NCBI GenBank assembly: GCA_045863335.1
Contig: BTVY01000016.1
Coordinates: 66,024-130,023, forward strand
From: Candidatus Hydrogenedentota bacterium
GTDB lineage: Bacteria > Hydrogenedentota > Hydrogenedentia > Hydrogenedentales > SLHB01
Direction: 5' to 3'
DNA: 64,000 nt
Part shown: one piece after another, positions 29,974-40,114 of the stretch
How the letters are laid out: each line of letters opens with the position of its first letter
Position numbering within the stretch: position 1 is the first letter of the stretch
Translations under genes and position numbers: made by a program
The notes under the pieces: generated by a model
The model's input: the letters and a program-made list of their open reading frames with translations, nothing else
Database searches by the model: none
What the model was told of the DNA's origin: nothing

Positions 29974-31670
29974 GGGGATTTCCAAAAACTCATACACGCG
30001 GAGCGCATCTCGTCTTTGCCGTTGGTTTTTGTTTGGTTCGCGGCAGTTTTGGCCTTCCGGTGTCCCCGCTGGGCATCATCGGTTGGCTTTGCGGTAGCGA
30101 GTTGGCTCCTGGTTGTTGGTTCTATCGCGTTTCATGCTATGGCCGGCGGCGCCATGGGTTGCCAGATTCCAGTCAGCAGGCACAGGTTATGGGCAAGTTG
30201 ATGCCATTTCAGTTCGGCTTGGACGGCTTGGAGTCCCCGGGTTCGGCATCGGGTCCAGCCGAGCAGTCCTTTGATGCGGGCGAATACTCCTTCAACGGTG
30301 GTCCAGCGAGCTATCTTCATTTGTCGGCCTTCGGGAGTCTCCAACCGTTGCGCCAACTCCGCCAGAAGTTCGGCCTCGACGGGACGGTTTACGCTGCGCC
30401 CGTGTTTGGTTTTGGGACAGCATTGCGATTTAAAGGGACACGCGTGGCAAACCGCTTTGGGCGCTTGGTACACCACCGAGGTCTTGTCGTTGTTCAGCTT
30501 GCGCCGCCGCAAGGTTTGCCCGGCCGGACAGCGCATCGTATCCGTGCCGGCATCGTATTCAAAGGCATCTGCAAGAAAGTCGTCACTGATGTCTTTGGGC
30601 TTGCGGTTCTTGGTCCGGTCTTCTGGAACAAAGCAGCGCACATGGGCCTCTTCCAGATCGGCCAATTGCTTGCGGTTGTGGTAGCCCGAGTCCGCCACCG
30701 CGGATTGAATCGGACCGGCGTCCTCACCTGCGGCTGCGTCCAAGGCTTCTTGGGCCTTGCTCAATTGCGGCGCCAACTGACCCTCGTCGTTGCCTTGTTG
30801 AATGATCTCCGCATGGACGAGCACACCCGTTTCCAGGTCCGACACAATCTGCACGTTGTAGGCTGGCGCAAAACCTCCGGTCTTCAATTTTCGGCGATCC
30901 GCCTCGGGCTCGCTGACCGTGATGGTATCTTCAGGCCCCGTGCGTCCCAAGGCATCCATTTCCTGAATCGCCCGCTCCAACCGATTCAACTTTTGTTCCA
31001 GAGATTTGGCCTTTTTCTCCTCCACGGCGTCCGATTCCTCGAGCTTGTGCGCCACCACCTCCCTCAACCGATTCAGTTGCTTCTCCATTTGTTTGCGGCT
31101 GCGCACTGCCCGGCACGACGCCGCTGCTTGGACGATGGACCCATCGACCCCCATGGACTTGCCCGGCATCAGGCCGGCTCGGCTCACCCCTGCCAATACT
31201 TGAGCCGCCAAGTCGATCAACGCCTCCAAGTGAGCGGTACGAAACGCGCAAAGGGTACTCTTCTTCACGGGCGCATCGCCCAACAACCAACGAAACTCCA
31301 GATCCTTGGAGCATTGCAGCTCCAACTCCAACGACGGCATGCCCCCTCGCAGCAACGCCAGAATCCACACCGCTACCAGACACCGCGGCTCTATCGCTGG
31401 CCGTCCGGTTTCATCATTCTTGTACAAGACATCAAACGCCCCGAAGTCCAACTGCTCCAGCGCCGCCCAGAGCACTCTCGCCACCGAATTCTCAGGAAGC
31501 AAGTCGTCCAACGAACCATTCACAAAAAACGTCTGCGCTCGATTGTCGCTCAAAAAACGGGGCATCGCCGCCTCTCCTTATCAGTCCCTGTGCAATCGCC
31601 GCGCCTATGTAGCAAACAAATGCGCCCGTGTAAAGAAGAGAATCGTGGGTGGACCTTTTTGGAAATCCCC
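29974..31670 (-). mobile_element. IS1182-family insertion sequence, apparently intact
   Basis: Perfect 15-bp terminal inverted repeats GGGGATTTCCAAAAA (29974-29988 and 31656-31670) and a 4-bp target duplication GAAG (29970-29973 and 31671-31674). Confidence 0.92.
30132..31565 (-). CDS. IS1182-family DDE transposase
   Basis: GRPAIEPR, FRWLLG, VDGS, YNVQI, VADSGY, CPAGQ, CHACPFKSQC, VEGVFARIK. Confidence 0.92.
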   Translation of the reverse strand: MPRFLSDNRAQTFFVNGSLDDLLPENSVARVLWAALEQLDFGAFDVLYKNDETGRPAIEPRCLVAVWILALLRGGMPSLELELQCSKDLEFRWLLGDAPVKKSTLCAFRTAHLEALIDLAAQVLAGVSRAGLMPGKSMGVDGSIVQAAASCRAVRSRKQMEKQLNRLREVVAHKLEESDAVEEKKAKSLEQKLNRLERAIQEMDALGRTGPEDTITVSEPEADRRKLKTGGFAPAYNVQIVSDLETGVLVHAEIIQQGNDEGQLAPQLSKAQEALDAAAGEDAGPIQSAVADSGYHNRKQLADLEEAHVRCFVPEDRTKNRKPKDISDDFLADAFEYDAGTDTMRCPAGQTLRRRKLNNDKTSVVYQAPKAVCHACPFKSQCCPKTKHGRSVNRPVEAELLAELAQRLETPEGRQMKIARWTTVEGVFARIKGLLGWTRCRTRGLQAVQAELKWHQLAHNLCLLTGIWQPMAPPAIA

Positions 31671-31721
31671 GAAGGCGGGGGTCCATCCTCCCAGTTCGCT
31701 ATCATTTGCTCCCGAAGATGG

Positions 31722-31746
31722 ATTCCCGCCTGCGCGGGAATGACGG
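31722..31746. repeat. REP/dRS3-like palindromic unit
   Basis: ATTCCC-gcctgcgc-GGGAAT followed by GACGG. Its inverted partner (CGTCACCCTCGCGAAG|GCGGGGGTCCATC) is split by the IS. Confidence 0.8.
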
Positions 31747-31796
31747 ATAGCGTAATTTCGCAGGAGATTTTAGTGCGATTGCCCTGTTTCTCTCTT

Positions 31797-31827
31797 CTTT
31801 TGAGTTCTTTGCGTTCTTTTGTGGCCA
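31797..31827. repeat. Outer inverted repeat, right arm
   Basis: Reverse complement of 29855-29885 with 2 mismatches. Confidence 0.85.
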
Positions 31828-31931
31828 ATACATCTCTTCCACGATCTTCAGAGGTGGAACGCCATGGCCGACGACATGGTTTTCGATGCCGGCACCGTCA
31901 GATTTGGTCCCATTTTCCAGACGCAGGCCGA

Positions 31932-34001
31932 CTACAGCCCCTCTTCGATTTGCCGGCGTTCCAACGCGAGAATCCGGTCCCGGTACTCAGCGGCCTTCTC
32001 GAATTCCATCTTGCCCGCCGCTTCTTTCATCTTCTTCTTCAGGTCTCGGATGGTCTTCGCAAGGTTGAAGGTGGGCACGTAGAGATCCTGTTCTTCCGCC
32101 GCCTTGGCGACGGTCACATAGTCGCGCTCGTGTATGCTGTTCAACACGTCGGCGATGGCCTTCTGAATCGAGCGCGGCGTGATCTTGTGCTTCTTGTTGT
32201 AGGCCAACTGCTTTTCGCGGCGGCGCTCCATCTCTTCCAGTGCGCGCTGCATCGATCCCGTAACCGTGTCCGCATACATGATGACCCGGCCGTTCACGTT
32301 GCGCGCCGCGCGGCCGCAGGTCTGCACGAGGCTGGTCTCGGATCGGAGGTACCCTTCCTTGTCCGCGTCGAGAATCGCGACGAGGGCGACTTCCGGAAGG
32401 TCCAGCCCTTCCCGGAGAAGGTTGATGCCGACCATGACGTCGTACTCGCCCGCGCGCAAGGCGCGCACGAGTTCGATGCGCTCCAGGGTCTCCACGTCGG
32501 AGTGCATGTAGCGCACACGGATGTTCAGATCGCGAAGGTACTCCGTGAGGTCTTCCGCCATGCGCTTGGTCAGGGTCGTGACCAGCACGCGTTGATTCGT
32601 CGCGACGACCTTGCGGATCTCGTCTAGGAGATCGTCCACCTGCGACGACGCGGGACGCACCTCGACTTCCGGGTCGATTAATCCTGTCGGACGCACGACC
32701 TGCTCCACAATGAGGCCTTCGCTGGCTTTCAACTCGTAGGGGCCCGGCGTCGCGCTGACGTAAATGCGTTGGCCTGCCAGCTTCTCGAACTCCGCAAACT
32801 TGAGCGGCCGGTTATCCCGTGCGCAGGGCAGACGGAATCCGTACTCGACCAGCTTGTCCTTGCGCGACCGGTCGCCTTTGTACATGGCCTCCAGTTGCGG
32901 CACCGTGATGTGGCTTTCGTCCAGCACGATGATCCCGTCATCGGGGAAGTAGTTGATGAGCGTGTACGGCGGTTCGCCCGGCATGCGGCCGTCCAGGTGC
33001 CGCGAATAGTTCTCGATGCCGTTGCAATACCCGATTTCGCTGAGCATTTCGATGTCGAACCGCGTGCGTTGCGAAAGACGTTGCGATTCGAGGATACGGT
33101 TCTCGTCTTCCAGGTCCTTCACGCGCTCTTCCAGCTCGAACTCGATGCCCTGGATCGCCGTGCGCAACACGTCCGCCGTGGTGGCGTAATGGGAACCGGG
33201 ATAGATGGCCGTCCGGCGCAATTTCCGGTTCACCGTGCCGCGCAGGGGATCGATTTCGTAGAGTCCGTCGATCTCGTCGCCGAAGAGTTCGACGCGCACG
33301 GCGATCTCCGCTTCGTACGCCGGGAAGATATCGACGGTGTCGCCGCGCACGCGAAAGGTGCCGCGGTAGAAGTCCACGTCGTTCCGGCTGTATTGCATCG
33401 CGACGAGGCCCGCAATTAAATCCTCGCGATCGATCGTTTGTCCCGGCTCCAACTCCACGCGCAACGCGTTGTACGTTTCCGGCGATCCGATACCGTAAAT
33501 GCAGGACACGCTGGCTACGATAATCACGTCGCGCCGCGTGAGCAGCGCCCGCGTGGCCGAGTGGCGCATCTTGTCAATCTCGTCGTTGATGGACGACTCT
33601 TTTTCGATGTACGTGTCCGTCGTCGGGACGTACGCCTCCGGCTGGTAATAGTCGTAATAGCTGACGAAATACTCGACCGCGTTCTCTGGGAAGAGCCCCT
33701 TGAACTCCGAGTACAACTGCGCCGCGAGAATCTTGTTCGGCGCGATAACCAGCGCCGGACGGTTCACCTCAGCGACAACATTGGCCACCGTGAAAGTCTT
33801 GCCAGACCCCGTGACGCCCAGCAGCACCTGGTGCTTCAGCCCCTCACGCAGCCCCCGCGTTAACTCGCGGATAGCCTTCGGCTGATCGCCCTCCGGCTTG
33901 AACTCACTCGCAATCTGAAAGGGGATAGATTCGAGAGTACTTTTGTTGAGGTGATTGTTCACGATTCGATGGTACCGTTTGTGTGTTGGAAAGTTGCCCA
34001 T
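31932..34001 (-). CDS. uvrB: Excinuclease ABC subunit B (exact start uncertain)
   Basis: [33 protein letters not shown]-terminal UVR domain [10 protein letters not shown]. Confidence 0.99.
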   Translation of the reverse strand: MGNFPTHKRYHRIVNNHLNKSTLESIPFQIASEFKPEGDQPKAIRELTRGLREGLKHQVLLGVTGSGKTFTVANVVAEVNRPALVIAPNKILAAQLYSEFKGLFPENAVEYFVSYYDYYQPEAYVPTTDTYIEKESSINDEIDKMRHSATRALLTRRDVIIVASVSCIYGIGSPETYNALRVELEPGQTIDREDLIAGLVAMQYSRNDVDFYRGTFRVRGDTVDIFPAYEAEIAVRVELFGDEIDGLYEIDPLRGTVNRKLRRTAIYPGSHYATTADVLRTAIQGIEFELEERVKDLEDENRILESQRLSQRTRFDIEMLSEIGYCNGIENYSRHLDGRMPGEPPYTLINYFPDDGIIVLDESHITVPQLEAMYKGDRSRKDKLVEYGFRLPCARDNRPLKFAEFEKLAGQRIYVSATPGPYELKASEGLIVEQVVRPTGLIDPEVEVRPASSQVDDLLDEIRKVVATNQRVLVTTLTKRMAEDLTEYLRDLNIRVRYMHSDVETLERIELVRALRAGEYDVMVGINLLREGLDLPEVALVAILDADKEGYLRSETSLVQTCGRAARNVNGRVIMYADTVTGSMQRALEEMERRREKQLAYNKKHKITPRSIQKAIADVLNSIHERDYVTVAKAAEEQDLYVPTFNLAKTIRDLKKKMKEAAGKMEFEKAAEYRDRILALERRQIEEGL

Positions 34002-34134
34002 ATCTTAACACGCTGCCTCGAATGGTCGCGCGTAGATAACGACGGGAGAAAATGCGGTCGAGGAGGTGTGTGCAGAGGATCATCGTCTGCCGCAGTATAA
34101 CGCGCAAATTTCAGATTTCGCCGGCAAGCCAGAC

Positions 34135-34175
34135 TTGACGGCGCAGAGATTTTCTGGTACTGTACATATGTACAG
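34135..34175 (+). promoter_or_regulatory. TA-module promoter with overlapping palindromic operator
   Basis: TTGACG (34135-34140), 17-nt spacer, TACTGT (34158-34163). Perfect palindrome CTGTACATATGTACAG at 34160-34175. Confidence 0.8.
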
Positions 34176-34189
34176 GAAGGGGGCGTCAG

Positions 34190-34588
34190 ATGCAAATTGT
34201 CATTGACCCCTCCGCGATACTCGCGGTCCTCTTGCATGAGCCGGAGCGGGACTCCATCGTCGCTGCAACGGAAGGGGCGATTCTTGTTGCGCCCGCTTCC
34301 TTGCCGTGGGAGATTGGGAATGCGCTTGTCGCGGGCCTGCGCCGCAATCGCTTGCGTCTCAACGACGTAGAGATGGCTTGGGCGTCGTACGATCGAATAC
34401 TGGTGCGTTTGGTCGAGATTGACATGGCTATTGCGCTACGGGTAGCGGCGGAGCATCATCTTTACGCGTACGATGCCTACATCCTCGAGACTGCCAAGAG
34501 CCGACGATTGCCCTTGCTTACGTTGGACAACGCGCTCGCGGAAGCGGCAACAGACGCGGGTGTGTCGCTACTGGAGATCAAATCATGA
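34190..34588 (+). CDS. vapC: PIN-domain toxin (VapC-like)
   Basis: IVIDPSA, EIGNAL, YAYDAYIL, LLTLD carry the PIN acidic residues. Confidence 0.9.
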   Translation: MQIVIDPSAILAVLLHEPERDSIVAATEGAILVAPASLPWEIGNALVAGLRRNRLRLNDVEMAWASYDRILVRLVEIDMAIALRVAAEHHLYAYDAYILETAKSRRLPLLTLDNALAEAATDAGVSLLEIKS

Positions 34589-34893
34589 AAACCTACACCT
34601 ACACTGAAGCCCGGCAGCAACTTGCCGCCCTGCTTGACACGGCTCGCCGTGAGGGCCGTGTTCAGATTCGCCGTCGCGACGGCCAGATCTTCGTTCTTCA
34701 ACCAGCAAGCCCCGAGGGCTCCCCGCTGAATGTTCCCGGCGTGCAGGTCAACCTGAAGAGAGGTGAAACACGGGATTGGCTTGCTGAATCGCGAGCGCGA
34801 TCCGCGGATCGTCTCCTACCGGAGAGCCTGTCTGACGACCAGACGCCTCGGACGAAAACTCGCAGAAAAGCCTCTGGTAAGAAGAAGCGGTAG
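34585..34893 (+). CDS. Phd/YefM-family antitoxin
   Basis: MKTYTYTEARQQLAALLD..V.I.RRDG; ATGA overlap with the toxin stop. Confidence 0.85.
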   Translation: MKTYTYTEARQQLAALLDTARREGRVQIRRRDGQIFVLQPASPEGSPLNVPGVQVNLKRGETRDWLAESRARSADRLLPESLSDDQTPRTKTRRKASGKKKR

Positions 34894-35194
34894 TCAAACG
34901 TGCACCCTCGCGGCTGATCCGCGAGAGCCGCCAAAGTCACACGCGTGTGATGTCATGATGACGAGATCTTCGAGGAAATCCGACGATGTCGGCACACTGA
35001 CGCCGAGTCGTTCGGCTATGGCTTGAAGCAGATTACTCAGGATCTGTAACTACAGGAGCAGGAGGCCGGCATTCCCGTGGTGGAGCGCCCACCCGGCAAG
35101 CCACCGGTGATATCCAAAGTGGTCATCGGACTAACACGCGGCTGCGGCGGAAAGTTTTTGGGCCGTGGCTGCGCGGGGAGCACATTCGTAGCGC

Positions 35195-35500
35195 ATGGGC
35201 GCGACAATTGGTTGGACGCTATTGGGGTTCGGAGCGTTGCTATGTCTCACCAATTTTTACATTTCGTTCTTGAGGTATTTAATTCACCGCCTGCGGGGTT
35301 TGGCCAAGGAGTCGTATCCTTGGGTGTCAGGCTTCCCACTATTTGGCTCGCTCTTCGTCGCATTTTCGCTATTCGAATTGTCCGGGATTTCCGGGATCAT
35401 TTATGTAGCGCTAGTTCTTATCATCATTGATACTGGCGGCATCCATTGGTTAATCGGTTCACTGGTTTATCGGTTCGCTTTCGAAAAGAGATGCAGGTAA
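35195..35500 (+). CDS. Small hypothetical membrane protein, visibly lower GC
   Basis: 101 aa with about three hydrophobic segments; T-rich codon usage unlike its neighbours. Confidence 0.6.
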   Translation: MGATIGWTLLGFGALLCLTNFYISFLRYLIHRLRGLAKESYPWVSGFPLFGSLFVAFSLFELSGISGIIYVALVLIIIDTGGIHWLIGSLVYRFAFEKRCR

Positions 35501-35864
35501 CCGGGGCGTTGCAGCGAGCCGCCACCGAGTCAATAGGCTACTGGCTGAGAGAAAGTCCTTCCCGAACGTGGTGCCATGATTTGTAAGAGGTTATAGCCAC
35601 GAAAAAAGTTGCGATCATGCCTCGACTGCACAGGGCGAACTTGCCTACCGTGCCGTAGCGGGGGAGAAGCATGCCCAGGGCATGTCGCGGGCATTCGGGA
35701 TTGCGAAAGAAAGGTCACGTTATGCCGCGTTTTGGGTAATGGCACGTGGTGAATCCAAACCAGCAGGTCGATTCGAAAAGGCTTGGCAATTCGATCTTGC
35801 TCAAGACGTGATGTCAATCGGCTGAAAGCAACTTGCCGACGACAATCCCTGGCACCGCCACCCT

Positions 35865-37868
35865 TTATTTCTTCCCCGCCATGTGTTCGCTGGGGACGTG
35901 ATTGACTTCGACGACGCCGGGGACGGTGCGGATGGTGGCGGCGACGCGGGCGACGCTGTCGCGGTCGGGCGCTTCGAAGATGAACTCGAAGAGGCATTTG
36001 CCGTTGTCGCCGGGGGTGAACTGGGCCTGGGTGATGCTGATATTCATGGGGCGGATGGCGTTGGTGATGTCGGCGAGCATGTTCGGGCGCTGGCCGGTGG
36101 TGACGCGCATCCCGGTTTCCACATGCTCCTCGCCGTCCCACGACGCCTCGATGATGCGCGACGGGTCGCGCTGCGTGTTCGCAAAGTTCCGGCAATCGGC
36201 GCGATGGATGGTGATGCCGGGGCTCTTCGTAGCATATCCGATGACCGCATGACCGGGCATAGGCCGGCAGCATTTGGCGAAATTGACGGCGATACCCTTC
36301 GATCCTTCGATACGGATGAGCTTGTCCCGCGTGGCGTCGTCGACCTGCCGGATCTTCGGTTTCGTTTCCGGCAGGACCTTGACGGTATCGCGCCGGAGTT
36401 GACCTTCCAACGGCTCCAGTTCGCCCAGTTCGCGCAAACGCTGCCGAATGCGGGTGCGCGCCTTTCCGGTGATAACGATTTCCAGCCAGTCCAGGTGCGG
36501 CTTTTGCGCGCGCGACGTAAGGATTTCCACTGCGTCGCCGGTTTGCAGGTTGTAGCGAAGCGGTACCAGCCGTCCATTCACCTTGGCGCCGATGCAATGG
36601 TGGCCGATATCCGAGTGCACGCCGTAGGCAAAATCCAGCGGCGTGGCCCCTTCCGGCAATTCCTTTACCTCGCCCTTCGGTGTGAACACGTAGATGTCTG
36701 ACCGCGATACGTCGCGTCGCAGGCTGTCGAGGAGTTCATCAGGGGCATGGGTGTCCTGCAGCCACTCGTACATCTGGCGCAACCAGCGCAATTGCGTGTC
36801 GAGTTTGTTGTCGCTGCCACCTTCCTTGTAGGCCCAGTGCGCGGCAATGCCTTCCCGAGCCGTGCGGTCCATGTCTTCCGTGCGGATTTGGATCTCCAGG
36901 GGATATCCGTTCTCCCGCATGACGACGGTGTGAATGGATTGGTACATGTTCACTTTCGGCATGGCCACGTAGTCTTTGAAGCGGCCCGGCACCGGGGTCC
37001 AAATCTGGTGAACGACGCCGAGGGCGTTATAACAGCCTGAGACGGTTTGCGTGATGATGCGCACGGCGAGGATGTCCATGACCTCGTCGAAGGCCTTCCC
37101 CTGTTGCACCATCTTCTGGTAGATGCTGTACAGGTGCTTCGGCCGGCCAATCACGCGCGCGTTGACTTCGGCTTCGGCGAGACGGTTTTCCAGATACTCG
37201 ATGGTCTCGTTGAGCCAGGCCTCGCGCTCCCGCCGCTTCATAGCCACGTGGGTCGCGATGTTCCGGTATTCGTCCGGGTTCAGGTGGTGAAAGGCGTGGT
37301 CTTCCAGTTCCCACTTCCAGCGGGCGATACCAAGGCGATGCGCGAGCGGCGCGTAAATGTCGAGCGTCTCCCGGCAAATCCGCTCGACGCGTTTCGGGTC
37401 GCGCAGAAACTCGATGGTCCGGATGTTGTGCAGCCGGTCAGCCAACTTGATGAGGATGACCCGCACGTCGCGCGCCGTGGCCACCAGCATCTTGCGGAGA
37501 TTCTCCGCCTGCTTCTCCTGGTGGGTGGGATTCGGCGTGGACCACTTCATGGATTTGATCTTGCTCACGCCATCCACGAGGGCCGTGATCTCCGGGCCAA
37601 ACGTCTTCTCGAATTCATCGTGGGTGACCCGAGTATCTTCGAGTACGTCGTGCAGGAGTCCGGCCGCGACCGTCGTCGGGTCCAAATTCGACTGGGCGAG
37701 GATGCGCGCCACCTCGATGCAGTGCGAAATGTACGGGTCGCCCGATTCCCGCTCCACGCCGTGGTGGGCCTCATTGGCAAAACGGTACGCCTTGCGCACG
37801 ACGGTCAGATCCGCGCCGGGCGCATTCTTGCGGAGTTGTTTGAGGAGTTTTGCGAATTCTTCTCTCAT
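35865..37868 (-). CDS. rel: Bifunctional (p)ppGpp synthetase/hydrolase (long RSH, Rel/SpoT type)
   Basis: HD hydrolase motif LLHDVLED intact, IKLADRLHN, RFKDY, YQSIHT, EIQIRT, TGS domain (TPLDFAY..H), CC.P.PG, C-terminal ACT domain. Confidence 0.96.
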   Translation of the reverse strand: MREEFAKLLKQLRKNAPGADLTVVRKAYRFANEAHHGVERESGDPYISHCIEVARILAQSNLDPTTVAAGLLHDVLEDTRVTHDEFEKTFGPEITALVDGVSKIKSMKWSTPNPTHQEKQAENLRKMLVATARDVRVILIKLADRLHNIRTIEFLRDPKRVERICRETLDIYAPLAHRLGIARWKWELEDHAFHHLNPDEYRNIATHVAMKRREREAWLNETIEYLENRLAEAEVNARVIGRPKHLYSIYQKMVQQGKAFDEVMDILAVRIITQTVSGCYNALGVVHQIWTPVPGRFKDYVAMPKVNMYQSIHTVVMRENGYPLEIQIRTEDMDRTAREGIAAHWAYKEGGSDNKLDTQLRWLRQMYEWLQDTHAPDELLDSLRRDVSRSDIYVFTPKGEVKELPEGATPLDFAYGVHSDIGHHCIGAKVNGRLVPLRYNLQTGDAVEILTSRAQKPHLDWLEIVITGKARTRIRQRLRELGELEPLEGQLRRDTVKVLPETKPKIRQVDDATRDKLIRIEGSKGIAVNFAKCCRPMPGHAVIGYATKSPGITIHRADCRNFANTQRDPSRIIEASWDGEEHVETGMRVTTGQRPNMLADITNAIRPMNISITQAQFTPGDNGKCLFEFIFEAPDRDSVARVAATIRTVPGVVEVNHVPSEHMAGKK

Positions 37869-38041
37869 GGGAGTCCGAACGCCTGTGTAATCCTTAATCA
37901 AACACCGGTACCGGCGTTCTTCATCCCCCATTTTACCATTTAACGGACGCAGGAATCATGGCGCTTGCCGCGATCTCGCCACGCGCGAACAGTTATAGTA
38001 GCGCCCTTGCGGTTTGATGGCAGAAAGGGGACAAAACGTAT

Positions 38042-39337
38042 ATGCCGTACTATCCCGATGTGGCGGAACTGGCCGAGCAGCTCAGCCTTTGGGCGGACCT
38101 GCGCCATGAGCAGGGGGCGAATCCCGAACGGGTCCTACAGCGCGTGAGGACCCAACTTTCGCAGGCAATCCGCGAGTTGGAGCGAATGCCCGCACCAGTC
38201 GAGACGGCGCGCCAGGAACCGGACGCACTTCCGGCAATCCGGCGTTTGCGCCCCCACGGGCCCCGCAGGCTGTGGGAGCGGCTCCCGTCACGCGGCGTCC
38301 GCGACAAGCTGCTTGGCGCATGGCTGGGCCGGGCCGCCGGGTGTACCCTCGGCGCACCCGTGGAGTCCTGGCCGGTCGAAGACATGGCCAGTTTGGCCCG
38401 ACTTGGAGGGCAACCGTTCCCGCCTGAGGATTACTGGGCCGCTCATCCGCAGCGCCACCGACGGCACTACGGCACCTGCACTCTCGACGACTACCTGCAA
38501 GGCCGAATTCGCGCCGTGCCGGTAGACGACGACTTGGGGTATACCCAATTGGGACTTTTAATTCTAGAGAAGTATGGGCCGGAGTTTACTACGGCCGACG
38601 TGGGCCAAGCCTGGGTCCGGCACCTGCCCATCGCGTGTACCGCCGAAGACGTGGCGCTGCGGAATTTGAAGGCCGGCGTCCCGGCAGGCTCCGCCGGAGC
38701 GCGCGGAAACCCCTACGTGGAATGGATTGGCGCGGACATTCGCAGCGACCCCTGGGGCTACGCCGCCATGGGATGGCCGGAGAAGGCCGCTGAGTTTGCA
38801 TACCGCGACGCCTACCTCTCGCATCGCAAGAATGGCATCTACGGGGCCATGTTCTTCGCGGCGGCTATCGCGGCGGCCTTTGCGGTGGACGACCCCGTGG
38901 AAGCCCTGCGCATCGGCTTGACCGAAATCCCGCGCGATTGCCGCCTCGCCCAGGATCTCCGTTGGGCTCTACAACGCGCGCCCCATCTGGACGGATGGGA
39001 ACACGGCCGGCGGCTCGTGGAAAGGCGCTTCGCCGGTATGCATCACGTGCACACGAACAACAACGCCTGCCTTACCGTTTTCGGTCTGGCGCTCGGACAG
39101 AAAGACTTCACGAAGACTATCGGCTACACCGTCGCCATGGGGTTCGACAACGACTGTACCGCGGCAACCGCGGGCTCGATCCTCGGCGCCATTCTGGGAA
39201 CGCGCGGAATCCCAGAACATTGGTGGAAGCCGTTCCGCAACCGCGCGCTCACCTATCTGAAGCGAGTCTCGCCGATGAAGAACACGGATATCGCGCGACG
39301 GTTTCACGCGCAGGCGATTCGCGTCTGGGGTGAATGA
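38042..39337 (+). CDS. ADP-ribosylglycohydrolase family protein
   Basis: GAWLGRAAGCTLG, DDDLGY, GADIRSD, SH..NGIYG, DNDCTAATAGS. Confidence 0.88.
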   Translation: MPYYPDVAELAEQLSLWADLRHEQGANPERVLQRVRTQLSQAIRELERMPAPVETARQEPDALPAIRRLRPHGPRRLWERLPSRGVRDKLLGAWLGRAAGCTLGAPVESWPVEDMASLARLGGQPFPPEDYWAAHPQRHRRHYGTCTLDDYLQGRIRAVPVDDDLGYTQLGLLILEKYGPEFTTADVGQAWVRHLPIACTAEDVALRNLKAGVPAGSAGARGNPYVEWIGADIRSDPWGYAAMGWPEKAAEFAYRDAYLSHRKNGIYGAMFFAAAIAAAFAVDDPVEALRIGLTEIPRDCRLAQDLRWALQRAPHLDGWEHGRRLVERRFAGMHHVHTNNNACLTVFGLALGQKDFTKTIGYTVAMGFDNDCTAATAGSILGAILGTRGIPEHWWKPFRNRALTYLKRVSPMKNTDIARRFHAQAIRVWGE

Positions 39338-39341
39338 GCTT

Positions 39342-40076
39342 TTAGAAGGCGTCCGAGGGGTGGCTCATGGGTTCCCACGTGAGGATCGTGGCGGGGCTTT
39401 CGTGTTTCGCCAGTATGAGACGATCACCCTCCTCCAAATCGACATACTCGGGGCAGTTGTCATGGGCCAGAACCGCAGGGCCGCGGGTGATGAGCACCCG
39501 GATGGTGACATCGTCGGGCACGACGAGGTGACTGGTCAGTTCCGTCGTATTCTTGAAGGCGATGCCGAGTCCGGCATGAAAGACCCCGCGGGTAATCTGA
39601 TTGAAATAGGCCGTGCTCCCAAACGGCGTACTGACGACGACACCATCACCGATTATCTCCGCCTCGTCGGCGAAGGCTTCGTCGTTGATCCAGACCTTTA
39701 ATCGCACGGCGGAGTTAATGTTGCCCATGTGCACGTTGAATTCGTTCATGGCCGTGAGTGTACGCTTCGGCATCGGCGTACTGTCGCGAAACACGCGGCA
39801 CCCGATCTTGATGAAGGCGTTTCGCGTAAGCCGGTTTTTTGCCAGCCGTTCAATCACCTGATCCGGGGGATGGGGTATGCAACGAATACCCCTGCGGCTG
39901 TTGCGGATCGGCAGTTTGGTCACGCCCGGCCATTCCTGCTCCGCGGAGAGCAAGGTTCCATCGCCGCCGTAACAGACCACCAACTCCGGGTCGCTGTCTA
40001 CGACTTGATACTGGGGATATTTGGACAGGATGGGCCGTAAGGTGTCGACTTCGGCGCCAAATAATAACGTTCGCAT
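39342..40076 (-). CDS. nadK: NAD(+) kinase-like protein
   Basis: GGDGT, MNE, GDGVVVSTPFGSTAY. Confidence 0.8.
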   Translation of the reverse strand: MRTLLFGAEVDTLRPILSKYPQYQVVDSDPELVVCYGGDGTLLSAEQEWPGVTKLPIRNSRRGIRCIPHPPDQVIERLAKNRLTRNAFIKIGCRVFRDSTPMPKRTLTAMNEFNVHMGNINSAVRLKVWINDEAFADEAEIIGDGVVVSTPFGSTAYFNQITRGVFHAGLGIAFKNTTELTSHLVVPDDVTIRVLITRGPAVLAHDNCPEYVDLEEGDRLILAKHESPATILTWEPMSHPSDAF

Positions 40077-40114
40077 GGGGTTATTCCGCTTACCTGACCG
40101 CACGAGGATCGCAC

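Noticed and set aside
30033-32627. 864-aa ORF on the + strand
   Set aside because: Antisense shadow spanning the transposase and uvrB and crossing an IS boundary; no recognisable motifs.
35865-40076. rel + ADP-ribosylglycohydrolase + NAD kinase as a nucleotide-signalling or defence module
   Set aside because: The genes are in divergent/convergent orientations, each looks like an ordinary family member, and there is no ADP-ribosyltransferase partner.
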